Shown piece after piece: positions 13,831-27,600 of a stretch of DNA of 64,000 bases; the first letter of the stretch is position 1, and every line of letters begins with the position of its first letter. The notes under the pieces are model-generated. The model was not told the DNA's origin. It ran no database searches and saw only the letters and a list, made by a program, of their open reading frames with translations. The stretch comes from Camelus dromedarius. Its lineage: Eukaryota. The stretch is taken from positions 100,070,001 through 100,134,000 of the forward strand of contig NC_087472.1 of the NCBI RefSeq assembly GCF_036321535.1, in the 5' to 3' direction. Position numbers and translations under genes: made by a program.

Positions 13831-15389
13831 CCTTCCAGGAGACACGAATGCAGGGCTGGTATCTGCAGACCTGGGTTTGAGTGCTACATATATATATGCT
13901 CAGAGAGTTGGTGTAAATTAGAGAATATATATATTCCTATATAAAAGTCAGAGAGTATATATTCCTATAAAGATACTAACATCTCTACCAGCTTCCTCAC
14001 CTTGTCTTCCAGAATTGTGTAAATTCACTTTGTGAGCTGCCAAAAGACAGAGAAGCTTGTTATTAATGTTGTTGCTTGCTTAGAAGAGATAAAGTCAGGA
14101 AGAGAAGTAAAATCTTTACCATGAGAAAAGAGAAAGAAGGACCAAGAACTGAGGACCAAACCCTGTGCAAAGCCCGCACCTAAGGGAAAGTTGGGCTCTT
14201 GCAACATCACAGGTGCCAGTGGAGAGGATTTTAAGCAAAGTGTCTGAGGCCCAAATGCAGAAATGTTCTTTGCAGGTTTGTCAGTCAAGATTAGGACATT
14301 GCCGGGGGGCTGGCTCTCTTCAGGGCTGCTTTGGTATATCTGCTTTTGTAGCATTTGTTCATTGCTTTGAATCAAGAAGGAAATTATTTGTACCAGAAGG
14401 TTTTGTTAGTGATTCAGACAATTAAAGCTGTCCAAATGTGGGCTTCAGTGCATAACAGAATACAGCCTTGAAAGCCTTAGAAATCATCATCGTTAGCTAT
14501 AAATACATCTGTGTTTCCTCTTCATAAAGCTATAATTTTAAATTATTATAATATTAAATTAGAGAACATGACTTTTTCAGATCTCGTGTGGGCAGCTACC
14601 AGCATCTGTCAGCCCAAGATAATTTAGAATGAAATCAGTTGGTCCAAAACTAAGTTGTTGATGTCAGTTTGAGATACTGTTTGTATCAAACTATGGGGCC
14701 ATATTTCAAGTAACATAATAGGAGATGTGGACGAGCTCCAACACAGGCCTGCGCATGAATGGAAATGAAAATTAAATTGTCCGGTTTTCTCTTGCTGACG
14801 AAAGAGCCTCTGTTCCGATCGAATGGGAGATTACAGGCCACAAAGTTAAGTGCCGTAACGTTTACTTTCATTATGCAGTATATTGTTGTTCCCACGGCAT
14901 GGTGGGATTTACTGTGAGACTTCTGTGCGACAGAGGTTTTCTGTTCCTTTCCCACTAAAGCACGTAGCAACGGGCCTCCAGGTGCAAAGCAGCCTGGGAA
15001 CTAAGCTTCAACTCATTGACTTTGAAAAAGCCCTTCTCATCCCCAGTTGCTTGCCCTCTTTGTTTTGACGGTTGTTTTCCATCCTGTTCAAATCTCATCA
15101 GACTTTTCCCATTTCTGTCTCTTTACCCCTGTTCCCTTGAGGAAGCTGCTTGCCCTCCACCCTTTCAGCCAGACCCACAGACCCACGCTTCACATGGTAG
15201 TCAATTTGGGGGCCAAGTGTTGCTAGCTTTACAGTCGATGGTCTTACGACATGGAACTGGTTTGAAAGCTTTGGAGGCATACTTCAACTTCTCCTCAGGC
15301 CTGTCACTGATGCCTCTGTTCATTCAGACCAGGAAATGGAAAAGCACTTTTCTACCTATGCCTTGGGAATGCTGGTAAGAGCTAGCTGA

Positions 15390-15532
15390 TTTGGGGTGCT
15401 GGAAAGTTCCTAAAACTGGATTGGGCTGATGGTTGCACAGCTCTGTAAATACTAAAAATTATCAAGTTGTGCTCTTAAAATGGGTGAACTTTATGATATA
15501 AAAATGATACTTCAATAAAGCTGTTGAAAAAA
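15390..15532 (+). mobile_element. LINE-1 extreme 3' end fragment
   Basis: 'gatggttgcacagctctgtaaatactaaaa...ttaaaatgggtgaactttatg...caataaagctgttgaaaaaa'. Confidence 0.7.
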
Positions 15533-16392
15533 GAGCTAATGGAAATTTTCTCGGCATTCACTTTGAGCTCTCAATGTCAAAAAAAGAGATACACACCACT
15601 AACTTTTAAGTATGGGATTAAAAGCGCCCCTTTGCCTCACTTTATGAAACAGTTGTGTTTATTTAGACTCAAAGCCATTATACTGCTGTTTCTGAGTTGT
15701 CTATAAACCAGTCTTTTATAAATAGGATTATGTTTTAGATGTGTCAAGAAAGCTCTCTAAAAGCTTGTAGTGGAATCGTTTTTGTAACACAGGTTCCCTC
15801 AATGTGTTAAATAACTGTTTTACACGGTTTTCTTAAATTGAGGCTCACCTGGGCTTTGATAAGCGTCATTACAGCTGTGGTGATAGAATAATCACCAAGT
15901 GTTTGGAAGGCTTAGCAGTGTTTTCTAAGAATATTTCGGGATAGGACATGCTTTCATCGTCTTTGATTCCTCTTTGAGATACAATTTGTGATAGTTTCTT
16001 CTGAGTAACATGGCTGTGTGCACAATGTCCTAGTCCTGGGGTCATTCCTCCAGTGCAGTGAAGGGCGTATGTTCCCTCTGTTCATCTCCCTTTACTGTTG
16101 TCCTGAGGTTATAGTGGTGAGATAAATCATAGCAATGGGAGCGAGCAAGGGAAAGGAAACAACAAACTAAGAGTCACTGGGTGCCTGCTAGATGTTTGAT
16201 GTATTTTATACATCGCGCATCTCACCAGCCCCCATGAGGGAGGTGTGATGCCTCTCAGGAAGGGACAGAGAATAAAGAAAGCCAGGTAACTTGGGCAAGG
16301 TTAACTGGCTGGTAACTTGCAGAGTTGGATTTGAACCTAGTTCTCCCTGACCCATGAGCCCATATTTTCTAGTGCACGAGGTTGGTCTCTAT

Positions 16393-16586
16393 CAGCGGTT
16401 CTCCCCAGGGAACATTTGGTGCTGTCCGGAGACATCTTTGGTTGTCACAACATGGGGGTGGAGGTGGGAGTGGGGTTGCTACTAGCATCTAGTGGGTGGA
16501 GACCAGGGATGCTGTTAAACATCCCACAGTGCACAGAGCAGCCCCCACAGCAAAGACTGATCCGACCCCGAAGTTGAGAAAGCCCA
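16393..16586. mobile_element. MER20 hAT element
   Basis: 'cagcggttctc...ggttgtcacaac...gcatctagtgggtggagaccagggatgctgttaaacatcc...gttgagaaa'. Confidence 0.8.
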
Positions 16587-19500
16587 GTCAGCACCAGGAA
16601 TCCAGTGGTGAACTGGGAATAGCTGGGCCAGGGACCATGTGCCCCCCCCCCCCCACCAACTGAGTACAGCCTCATGGTCCTGGAATGGGCCATCTAATTT
16701 CCTGAGAATCTCTATAAAACATAGTTTGAAAATGCTTTCAGAGCTTTTGGAAACTGGTAATTTTGTATACAAAAAAGTCAATATATTTGAAATATTTCAC
16801 CTAAACACGGACCAAGGAAGTTGCCATGACTTTTGAGAGAACACTCATCCTCTTTCTCCTTGCCCTAGAAAAAAAAAATACAATTTGCATCTGATTTTCA
16901 TACAGAAAGGGTATTATATTTGGGATTAGATACTCTCCCAAGATTTAATATGCAATGTTTAAATGGATATTAAATAAAAGAACAACAAACGTGAAATTAA
17001 TCAATGCCAAAATAGAATATGGTAAAGCTTTTTAAGACATATAGTATGAAGCAATTTAATCATGATCAGTAGCACAAGATTTTTGTTAATATGACACCAG
17101 ATCTCTATAAACCAAGTGATTAAAATTTTAACTTATTTTGAAATTTCTGCCTTTTACTATAAGAAACTGTTTCTTATGGTTTCTTGGACAGATTTTAGGG
17201 GAAGCCTTAGCTCCCTGGCTTTGGGCTGTTGGTTTTTCCATCCCCCTTTTTCATATTTTAAAGTTCTCCTTCTGGAGCTGGAGAGCCAGTTTTCGGAGGG
17301 TGCAGCATTTCAGGTTGTTGAGCAATTTCTCAGGTTTAATAGGTCAACATATACTGTGTCCTGCCTGCCCTAAAGAACCCCAGGAGTGACATTTGGAGTG
17401 TTCCAGAAGGACTACTGGCTGAGCATGTATGTGAACGAGCCACACCTCTGGGCTCTCTTGTGGTTAGTTGCTCTGACGTGAGACCTTTCATTCGAGAGCC
17501 ACAGCTCGCTCTTACAGACAGTGTCTCTTTACCAGTGACCTTCAGACATGGCCTTTGGGATCAGGAACGTGGCTGGCATTACCAGTGCAGAGGAGAGGAA
17601 GCCGTGGTCCCTGCTGTGTCGCCATCAAATCTGTACATGAGGCTGTGGGGTGTGCGTGTGTGGAGCTCTGGCTCCTATCCAGGGACACCGGCCATGATCA
17701 AACTTCAATTTATATCAGGATGATTTGAGAAGGAATATGCATTTCTCAAGTGTGAGGGCAAAAAGCAAAAGAGATTGTGCTGATGGTCAAAAACTTTACA
17801 CCAGGGAAATGAAACAGGTTGAGCTTCTAACTGGCAGGTCTTGAACCGGGTTAGTCCCTCTGACCAGTTTTGGTTTCCTCCCTGCACCTCTGGACTTGGC
17901 CTTGGCTCAGAAGAGGTTCTATGCCTGAGCCTCCCCCTCCAGTGCCCTTTCCCCTGGTTCCTGACCACTCACCTAAGACTCTTAGGGCTCACAGCCTAGG
18001 TTTGTGCTGAGTAAACGAGGTCAAGCTGGCAACCAGCACTGGTTTCAAAATCACCTCACAGTCCTAGAGGAGACGGGCTGATGGTCCTTCTCAGCACTTC
18101 CAAGACTCTGATCCCAGGTGCCAGTGGAAGGTGTCTGCTGACAGACCTTCACCATTGGAAAAGTTGGTTTAAACCAAAACTGAGGTGCTCACCTCTGCCT
18201 GCTTGCCCCCCACAGGGCAGTCCTGGCCTTTGGCAACCTGTCACACTGGTTGGATTTGAGCTTAGTTTTATGGGTTCCACAAACTACTTTTACCCATCAC
18301 ATCCAATAAGCACAAAAGCAATCCACATCCAAAGCGCCAGTGGGAAAAGTCTCATGAATACTATCGAAACACAGGTGGAGGTTAAACAAATCAAAGTGGG
18401 ACGACGATGATGAATGTTGCATAACCTCCTGGGAGTGATGTATTTGGTGATGTGAATTATTCTAAAGCACAGCAAGCGAACGGTGCCATCCTGCCAAGGC
18501 CATCTGCGGCCACCAGCCTATCCTGAGGAAAAGTGAGCGCTGAGATACGTGGGGGGTCACTTGGGTGGGCAGCAAGCATCCGTTCAGATGGCTCTTGGCT
18601 TGGAGCAAGTCACAGTGCCCGCTAGCTGTGTGGACTGATGGCCAGCCCCAGAAGCTTAACTGTGTGCAGAGGCAATGTGTCCCCCCCTGGTATTTTGGTC
18701 ACCTGCCTCTTAGGGCCCTGGCATTCATCATTCAGCCCAGTGTCTCAAATGCATGTGCCTTTGCTCCACACTGAGACCAGATTCAGCTTTGAGAATACAA
18801 ATGCAGAGGGATGCCCAGTGGGTTCCAAATAGTCTTCCCACAGCAAAGAGACGTATACAGTAACCTTTGTTACATCTGCAGTGTGCCCCACGGAGGCCTC
18901 TGAGCTGCAAATGAATGTGGCAGCCAGAAAGGAACAAGTGACAGTCCACTCTCAGATTGCATATGGCATCTACTTGGCCTGCGATGCCCTCCTCCGCCCA
19001 CTGGCTGTGGATTCACGGATTGGCAGAGCCCAGCTATGGCTTCCGTTTGACTTGTAAATATCCACAGGGAGACAGGACCTGCTGGAAAACGCTCCAGTAA
19101 CCCTTTGTCATGCAAAAAGCAGTGTAGACAAACTACACTTGATTAACAAGGAAAGTTGAGTTATCAAACTTCTAGCCATGGGCTCTTGCTGAGGCTTGGT
19201 CTGGGGACCTCGGCGCCCTCTGCCTCCCGCTACCTTTGGTTCATAACATGAGAAAAGTGATGAACTCTTGCGCAGTGAGTTTGGGAGGCCCAGGAGAAGG
19301 GAATTGGATCTGGTGGTGAGAAGCTAAGGATGAGGTGTCAGTTAATAGGGAACCCTGATTTCAAACCAAAAAAAGCTCTTTATTCAGCTTCCTGATGGGT
19401 CAACATATACTGGCGCCCCCATCACCTCCCCAGGCCCAAGTCATTTCCCCGGAGGTGGTTCATCGTCTTTGGAATTTCTCAGGCTCATTTACCCTGAATC

Positions 19501-21919
19501 CCCCCCACAAAAGGCTTTCGATTTGTGGGACTGCTCATTTTTATTTTACCAATGAAGCCCATTTTAAAAAACAAATGCCATCGCCTGGAAGAAAGGATAG
19601 AACCTCCAATTTAAAAATTGAACACATTGGGCTTACTGGGAGACTCGCAATGTTGACCTTTTTCTTGGCACTATTTGCACTGGAGGTCATTTTGTCATGG
19701 GTGTGTATCACTTCTTGGGGTGACTCCGGAAAACAACCGTCTGTCCTATGCCTACCCCCAAGGCTAGGGGCCCCTGCCTCTCCCAGTGCGGGAGAAAGAG
19801 CGCTGTGCTTCAGCCAGGAGGAATTTCCTCCTCGAGTTTTGTCCTCAGCATCATTTCAGTGTCCATGCAATTCTGGACATTGGGATATTACTGTTTCACA
19901 CTCACAGTAACATTTTCTATCCTCTTTGACCACTCCTCTTGTCTCTAAGTAGAGTGCGGTTGAAAATGATGAAGTGTTCCGTTCATCTTGCTTCCTAAAA
20001 GGACACGTGGCCTCTGCCTGCCTGTTGCACATCCCGCTGAAGTGGCCATCGGCAGGGTGTCACACCTCTTTGGATCTTGGTTTTTTAATCCTTAAACCAG
20101 GGGCTTGGAAGAAATGATCGAAGGGGCCGAGTTCAGCCCTGCTGTCTTATTTTTCTGACTCTACTTCTTTTAGCTGAGTCTTCTGCACGTGGAGAAAACT
20201 GTTCTTTTGGTAACCTCTGAACCCTCTGTAGGATGAAACAGCTTATCCTTCCATTTGTCTCTTCACCTCAGTTCCCTTAGTTCTGTTAGTTCCTTTAACC
20301 TAGAATTGATAATTTGGTCCTTTCTAAGGTCTAATGTAGGGTTATCTTTGGCCTAAAGATTTTTGCTTTTAAGAGATTGGCTGGCCATATGGAAATTAAA
20401 GTAATTAATAATTATAGGTATCAGTCACAGTTTTGGCAGAACTTTTTTATAAGGTTTAAAAAATTATTCATTCACCTTTAAAGAATACTTATTATGATTT
20501 TTCTGGCCCAGATTCTTACAAAAAAATGTAAAAGGCTAGGATGTTTGCAGTCCAAAATAAGTTTGAGTTCCTAGAGCAAACCCTTAGAGAGGGGCAAGAT
20601 AGTCCCATAGGGTCAGCCAGGGAAGTGGTGATGTGTTAGATAAACCGTGGGGTTTTGATAGGTGCACTTGGATTTGAATTCCTAGCTCTGCAGTCCAGGT
20701 TGAGTGACTCTGAGCTCCATTTTCCTTTTCTATGTGACAGGGTTAGTTAGTAATGCCCACTGGCCTCAGAGGGTTGTAAAATTTAGACATCGTGGTGTGG
20801 TGTGGCTGACAGAAAACAGGCACTTTCTGAATGGTAGTTGGTATAAGTGCAGTTCAGATAGAGAGAACTAGATATCAACCTACATTCTTATCATGACTAC
20901 TGTTACTGAAAATTAGGAAAGTTCTTGAACACATAACATCAGTCAGCTGACTGAGATTTTGATTGCAGCATTGGAAATTGTTTCATATGTGATTTACTCA
21001 GTTGTCTTTTTATTTTAGAGAGCTTCTCTCCACCCACCGCCACCCCCAGTTACAAAGGGAAAAGGTGCTCACTTTAAAAAAAAACGAAAGAACACGAGAA
21101 GTTAGAAAGTGAAAGTACCCTGGTATCTCAGAGTCTCCCTGAGATAATCGCTGTTAATTTGTTGTACACACTTTTAGAAGTCTTTCTGTGATTAGATGGA
21201 TGGATGAATGGATGTTTTAAAAATATGATCATGTTATAATACAATTCAAGTCCACAATTCTGTTTTTGTACTAAATCATGTATGTCACATATCTTTCCAC
21301 ATAAGTCACATCCATCAACCTTATACTTTTAAAGACTACATAATATTCCATTGTATGATTCTACCGTAATCAGTTCACTAGGAGCAAAACTACAAAGATC
21401 ACCCTTGGACAGTGATCTGCAAATAGGATCACCTATACCTTGGGGACCACAGAGACTTACCTGGCCATGAATAGTGCCTCATCTTCTTATGCGCTCTTTC
21501 TTCAGACTCATCTCCTGAGAGCCCTGGTGTCATGCTGCTTTTTCTTTCTAACTCCCCTTTCCCATCCACTCTCTACCACCTCAAATGGCACACCGATCTC
21601 TTGCCCACTCCAGGGGTATAAAAACCCCTGGTGCAAACTCAGAAACAATTCTGAGATTGGTGTTAGACTTGAGAAATTGAAAGACAATATTGACTGGACC
21701 AAAAAATCCATTTACAAGTCGGTTGGTTTCTAATTCTTTGCTTCCAACAAAATTTTGAAGGAGGTACCCACTGAGCTGTTCATTGACAGATTGTTAAAAA
21801 TAGTTCTTGGTGATGCTAGCCCACTGTCTGACTTTGGATGTATAACTCAGAAGGAGTTCAAAGAATTGAGTGACATTGTGGTAACAAAATTCTTTCCATT
21901 CTCATCTACTTATTTCTTT

Positions 21920-22037
21920 GAGGGAGAGTAATTAGGTTTGTTTTGTTTGTTTATTTTTAGGGGAGGTGCTGGGGATTGAACCCAGGACCTCCTGCTTGCT
22001 AAGCATGTGCTCTACCACTTGAGCTATAGCCTTCCCC
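21920..22037 (-). mobile_element. tRNA-derived SINE resembling camelid vic-1
   Basis: The reverse complement GGGGAAGGCTATAGCTCAAGTGGTAGAGC...GGTTCAATCCCCAG...AAACCTAATTAC has Pol III A and B boxes. TSD TCTACTTATTT at 21905-21915 and 22043-22053. Confidence 0.85.
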
Positions 22038-22146
22038 CTCCTTCTACTTATTTTTATGTTAACAAAGTTTCTTGGCACCTACATCTATAAAATGAAAAAC
22101 AGAAATAGAATTAATCCCAAACCATGTCATTCTGGTGATAATAGTC

Positions 22147-22196
22147 ATATATATATATATATATATATATGTATACACACACACACACACACACAT
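22147..22196. repeat. Compound (TA)n/(CA)n microsatellite
   Basis: Directly visible. Confidence 0.95.
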
Positions 22197-23464
22197 ACGT
22201 ACATGAAGTGATTGGGGGAAAAGCCCAATGAAATCCTACTTTTTTATGCTATTAAATTATTTATCAAAATGTGTAGTGCATGTATACATGTTTTGATCAT
22301 CTGCAGAGTAATAATAGTTGTAATGATAATTTAGTCCAGAAAAAAAGTAATTTTTACACTTAGCCATTTTTTCAGGAAATAAAAAAATTATCATTTCCAA
22401 TTTATATACATGTTCTTATAGCAGAGAAAGATGAAAAATAATTAACAGAGGACAAAATTAACAAAAGCATAAAATTTATTACATTAGAGTAAATTCAGCA
22501 GTGGAAGTAGGATGGAGATAGGAATTCTAAGAGGGGAAGGAATGGTGCAGAATTTCCAACTGTTGAAGAAAAGCTTGTTCATGATTTTTTAAAAATGGAT
22601 GATGGCAGTTGTTAAACTGCTGTGGTATTCAGATTTATATGGAATATATGTAAGAGAGCAATAGTTCTATTTTAAAATAGCAACATTTAGAATTTAGCAG
22701 AAATTATATCCTTTGTGACTAAAACTTGTGTAAAATTTTAGACATCCACTTAAGATGTGTGAGGGGGGTACATAGGCTTTGAAAATTATTTTGGGAGGTA
22801 CACTGGTAAACAGTCTGAACACCACTGGCCTCACAAATGTCACTCTACACTTACACAAACATTTCTATGGATTAATTTCTGGAAGTGGAGTACCTGAAAG
22901 TGAATATTTATACTTCGTGATAGGTGTTGTCAAACAGCACTACGAAAAGGTTGTGGCAATTAACATCCCTGTGAATAACAGCATAACTAAGAGTTCCCGT
23001 ACATACATTATTTACTACATCATTTTGCACAGCAAATTTGGGCCGGCAGTGAGCAATTTTTAAAGCAATGCAGAAGTGAAACGTTACTTTCCCTCACTTA
23101 TCATTGCTTGTTACGGATGCACGTGAAGCTCTTCTTAGGGCTAGACTTCTGTTAGACGTGCCCCATCCCCTCCCCGAACCCTTCTGCTGATCTAAATTAG
23201 GTCACCATGCTATCGCTGCTAATTTCCTCTTTTACCTTTCTCTCGTAATGGCTAGCAGAATTTGTAATTGTGTCTGTAAAATTCTTTCTCAGGGGGCTCT
23301 GAGCTCTGTGGGGCAGGGACCGTGGCTGTTTTGTTCACCCCCGCACCCCTCCCCTGTACCTAGCCCAGAGCCTGGCTCACACTGCTCACTTAGGAAATAT
23401 GTACTGAATGAATGAACTGAACATATATGAGAAGAAATCGCGTGATGTAGGATCACGTTAGAGA

Positions 23465-23630
23465 TCTTCACTGCCACTAGTCCCATGTGGCTATTTTAAT
23501 TTAATTTAAATAATTGCACTTAGCCATATTCCATGTACTCAGTTGCCACATGGGGCTAGTGGTACCATACTGGATGATACAGATATAGCTGGTTTCCATC
23601 ATCACAGTTAGTCTTAATGGATAGCACTGA
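23465..23630. mobile_element. MER3/MER33-like hAT element (similar copy at ~61505-61670)
   Basis: 'gccactagtcccatgtggctatt...gccacatggggctagtggtaccatactgga'. Confidence 0.6.
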
Positions 23631-24647
23631 TACAGAGTGGCTGTCCTTTTACTTGCAAAAGTTTCACTTTGCTTGGCACACAGTAGATACTTAATAATGT
23701 TTGATTAAGTAAATGAGTAAATAAACTCTATATCTCCATCTCTTATTCTTGAGCTACAAGTTTCCATGTAAAAGTTAGTTTGTACTGAATAGCCCAACAT
23801 TGTCCCTGAACTGGCTTAACAACTTACGCTTCTTGCCAAAGAGCTCTTTAAAAAACCCGGCCCCCTTTTCAGTCCTTTTAAAAATACAGTTTATCAGAGG
23901 ATAGATTGTTATCAGAGGACAGATTGGTTTCTTCACACACATGAAAACTTCATTTCCTGGCATCTTTTCTGGTTCTTGATGTAGAAACAATTCTCAGAAT
24001 TCACTTTCGGTTGGATGAGAAGTAAGGTGAAGGTCTCCTGCTGTCTGCCCAGTGCTCTGCAGTGGACAGAATTCCACAAGCATGAATCTGAATGCAGGCC
24101 CTGCCACTTTCTGGTTGTGCCCTTGATCAAGCTGTCTAATATCTGACCCCCACCTCTCCCTTTACGGAATAGAGTAGCCTGCAGGGCGTGGGGTTTCATG
24201 AGTGCTAAACGAGCATGCACGTGTGAAGTGTGGAGGAGCAGGGTAGCTGAACGGTAGCTCAGACCTGTTTACTCTCAGCACCTTGTGTCTTGAAAACTTC
24301 ACACCTGGTTTATAAATGAAAACACAGTAGCAGATCTGCTCTATCCTGACACATTCTGGAGGGCTTCATTTCGCGCAGAATTGAATCATTGCTCAAATGA
24401 GAATTTTTCAGTTGGTGACTCAGCTAACACAGGTGTTCATTGACCCCTACTAATGGGCCCGTCTTTGTAGTCTGCACAGATTTTCCACACTAGGCAAATA
24501 GTTGACATGCAGGGCAAGATTTACTTCTGCCCAGATTCCCTTGAGATGCTTCTTCATTGTGGAGAAGGTACCTGCAGCCCTCGGGGTTTAGGGTTTTCTC
24601 ATCTTAAATCCTAAAAAGACAAAAACATTGTTCATGGTTTTGTGCTG

Positions 24648-24678
<31 letters not shown>

Positions 24679-27600
24679 TTTTTTTTTTTTGTATTTAAAG
24701 ATTCAGCCTTGCTCTTAGATCTCTGCTCCCAAATCCCACAACTCTGTCAGTGGTGTAGAAAAACAAAATTCTACCTGTGTGATTTGAAAGGATTTTCATA
24801 TAACCTCTCATTTACAAAAGAATAACCCTGCACAGCTCAGGTAATTCTCTCCTTTGTTTTCCAGTGGGAAAACTGAAGCCCCAAAAGGTTGGTTGTTCAT
24901 TTATTTAATAATCATTTATTGAACACTCACCGCAAGCCAAGAATGATGCTAGGCCTGGGAAAATCAGAGATAAAAGCCACGGCTTCCTCCCTGGCTAGTA
25001 GAGGAGACAGGTCAGCAAAGCTGTTAGTTCAGGGTGCTAATTGCTGAGATTGGAGTGATGAGCGCCTAGGGAGCAGCCAAGTCAGCTTTAGGGTACAGTC
25101 TGGATTCTTAGCAGAGGTCTTAGTTGCCAAGCCAAGCCTTGATGGCCCCAGGGGAAGGGAGGGAAGGGGGAGGGGAGGGGAGGAGAGGCAGTCACTCGAG
25201 GGACAGAGGTGCTCTGGTGGCAGCCTGTGGAGTGGTACATGACTCGGAGTGAGAAATCCATTACAGCAGTTCCAGGCAAAAAGTTCCAGCAGCCTTAATG
25301 ATCCTTGACAGGGACTTGGAGGAGATGGGCTAGCTTACAGAGATACTGGGAGGGAGTGACGATGCCAGGCTTCAAATGTAGGAAACTTCCTCTCCTGAGC
25401 TCATTCTCCAGCCCAAGCAGCAAGCTACAGTAAACAGAGCCTTTGAGGAGCTCACAAACTGTTCCTTTGGTGACAGCTGGCCCATCTGAGACTTTGGACT
25501 CTCTCCTCTGTGTTTTCAGTCGATGTGTTTTAGGTCACCTGTGGTCACTGGTACCATCCTTCCCATCCATGGAAAAGAAGCCCACATTTTGTAATTGAAC
25601 TAAATAGGGTGTGACTGAAACTCATGGAAAATGGGCACCTCCGTGTGCCATGAAGAGTCAAAGGCCTTTCCAGGCCGACTCTGCGTCCAACACGAATTAT
25701 CCCCATATGTCTGTGAAGGGTTAGTCTTCCAAGTATCAAGAAAGCCAAGGGCCTCTCATCCTTAGGAAACTAACTTTTAAAAAATACCCAACATTTGCCA
25801 GTTCAAGAGTTTTGGATTGGCATTAGAATCATTTTTTATTAAGAGGAAAAATTCCCAGCCAGGCTGAGAAAGCTTATATCAAGTTTCAGCCTGATTCATT
25901 TCAAAACCACCATGAAAATTGGGACATTTTCTTCACACCACAATGGGTTAGTCATGGAAATTCTGCCTTCATCTCAGCTACCACGGCCACAGTCATGAGA
26001 GCACTGCTCTGTGTCCCTGAGAATGTACATTACAGTACTGAAGAGTTTCCCCCTGCACTGTCAGAAAGCAGAAGTGTGGTGAAGTTCAAGATTTGAGGTT
26101 CCGTTTTCGGCCAGTGACCTCATCCTCAGTGTGTCTTCTTTCTGGCAGTTGGGCTTTGTCATTTCCCAAAAGTTCTTTTACGAGCTCCCACTGTAGAAAG
26201 TTCGACGTCGTTGAATCCCCATGATGAGTTTAAGAGCGCAGCTCCCCTGCAGGACTCCGGCCCTCCCTTTACTCTTGAGTGACAGAGACAAGGTGTCTCC
26301 TGGGCCATCTGTCACGGAGATGCTGGCTGAGTGTAGCCAGACTTCAACTTGCGCGGCTTTTTTAAGTGCAGACCTCAGCCAGGAAAACGAAATGGGCCCA
26401 ACAGAAGGCGGCCTTCCGCCCCGCAGCTGCCGCCCGCTAGCGGCCACCTCTGTAAGCAACACCTCTGCGATCGGAGTTCTTCCTTGAGATAGTCAGTTCA
26501 TTCGTTGGCTGGTTCATTTGTCCCTTTGTTCACAGAACATTAAGCACATTTTCCCCAGGAAGGCACTGGACTTTGAGAGCAGGGAGGTGGGGCCCCACCC
26601 TCCCGGGCTCACAGCCTTGGTGCGGGAGACAGATACCATGCCTCCAAGTTGTTTTGACAGTGTGACTTAGGACAGACTGTGATCTCACACGTTGTCAACC
26701 CCTCGACTCGCCTGGAGACTTCATTATTTCAGTAGGCCCAGGACAGGGGGTGGGGGAGCACAGATGGAGTCCCGCAGAAGTTTCCTGGGTATGGCCTCGT
26801 CTGTCCCTGCACACTAGGAGACACTCTGAGGCCATCCCATCTGCTCCCCTCTCCCGCCCCTCCCTGCAGGCTAGGGCCCCTTGAGGACCTCCTTCTCACT
26901 CCAGCTGCCATGTTTCTGACTTGTCACCAGTGGTCACCCAAACCTCTGGTTGCCACTTTGATCACTTCCGTTGCCCACCCAGCAGGTCAGCAGAGGACCC
27001 CTGTGTGAGGAGCCTTGCTCCCGGCGCCTCCCCCAGGCCCTGGAAGGCCCTGCTCACCGGCGGCCCTCGCCCCGCACCCCCTTCTCCACGTGGTCGGGTC
27101 CTGACTTGTCCCTGCCTCTCCGCAGCCCCCAGCCTCTGCTGGAGCAGTGCTTCCCTACATGGCTGCTAATAACATCCTAATAAACCTGGGGAGACGGAGA
27201 ACCTACCTGTGCCTGGACTGCGCCCCAGACCCATTCTGTCAGCCCCGGGAGGGGAGCCAGGCTGGCAGGAGCCTTTTGTTTTTCAATCACCCAGATGGCT
27301 CGCCTCTGCAGCCAAGGTGGAGAACCAGAGTCAGCTGGCCATTAATTGTTCTCTAATTGCTTCAGCCTGCTTGGGTTTTGCCTTCAGAGCTTGCTTCAGT
27401 TTCCAGGTGGGAACCTTGATCGAAGTGGTCCCTCTCAGCCCCGGCAGCGCCCAGCCAAGGCCCCCGGTGCTGGCTCGTTTACTGGAACCTTTACTGGCCC
27501 TGTCCTTCACCTCCTCCCAGCTGCCTGCTCAGCGTCTCTCAATTGTGTGTCCTCGCTCCTCTCCCCTGGGGGCCGTGTGCTCCTCCGGTCCTCCACACCC

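Larger units (their letters stand above)
21640..22827 (+). mobile_element. hAT-Charlie DNA transposon remnant (transposase C-terminus and terminus), interrupted by the SINE
   Basis: Translates to EFKELSDIVVTKFFPFSSTY..[SINE]..SIKMKNRNRI, resembling the hAT dimerisation domain; ends ...gtctgaacaccactg. 5' boundary uncertain. Confidence 0.6.

Noticed and set aside
18406..18545. Possible box C/D snoRNA (ATGATGA ... CTGA)
   Set aside because: No terminal stem or recognisable rRNA/snRNA guide; motifs this short are expected by chance.
21955..22037. tRNA gene
   Set aside because: tRNA-like head but with SINE tail and TSD; annotated as a SINE.
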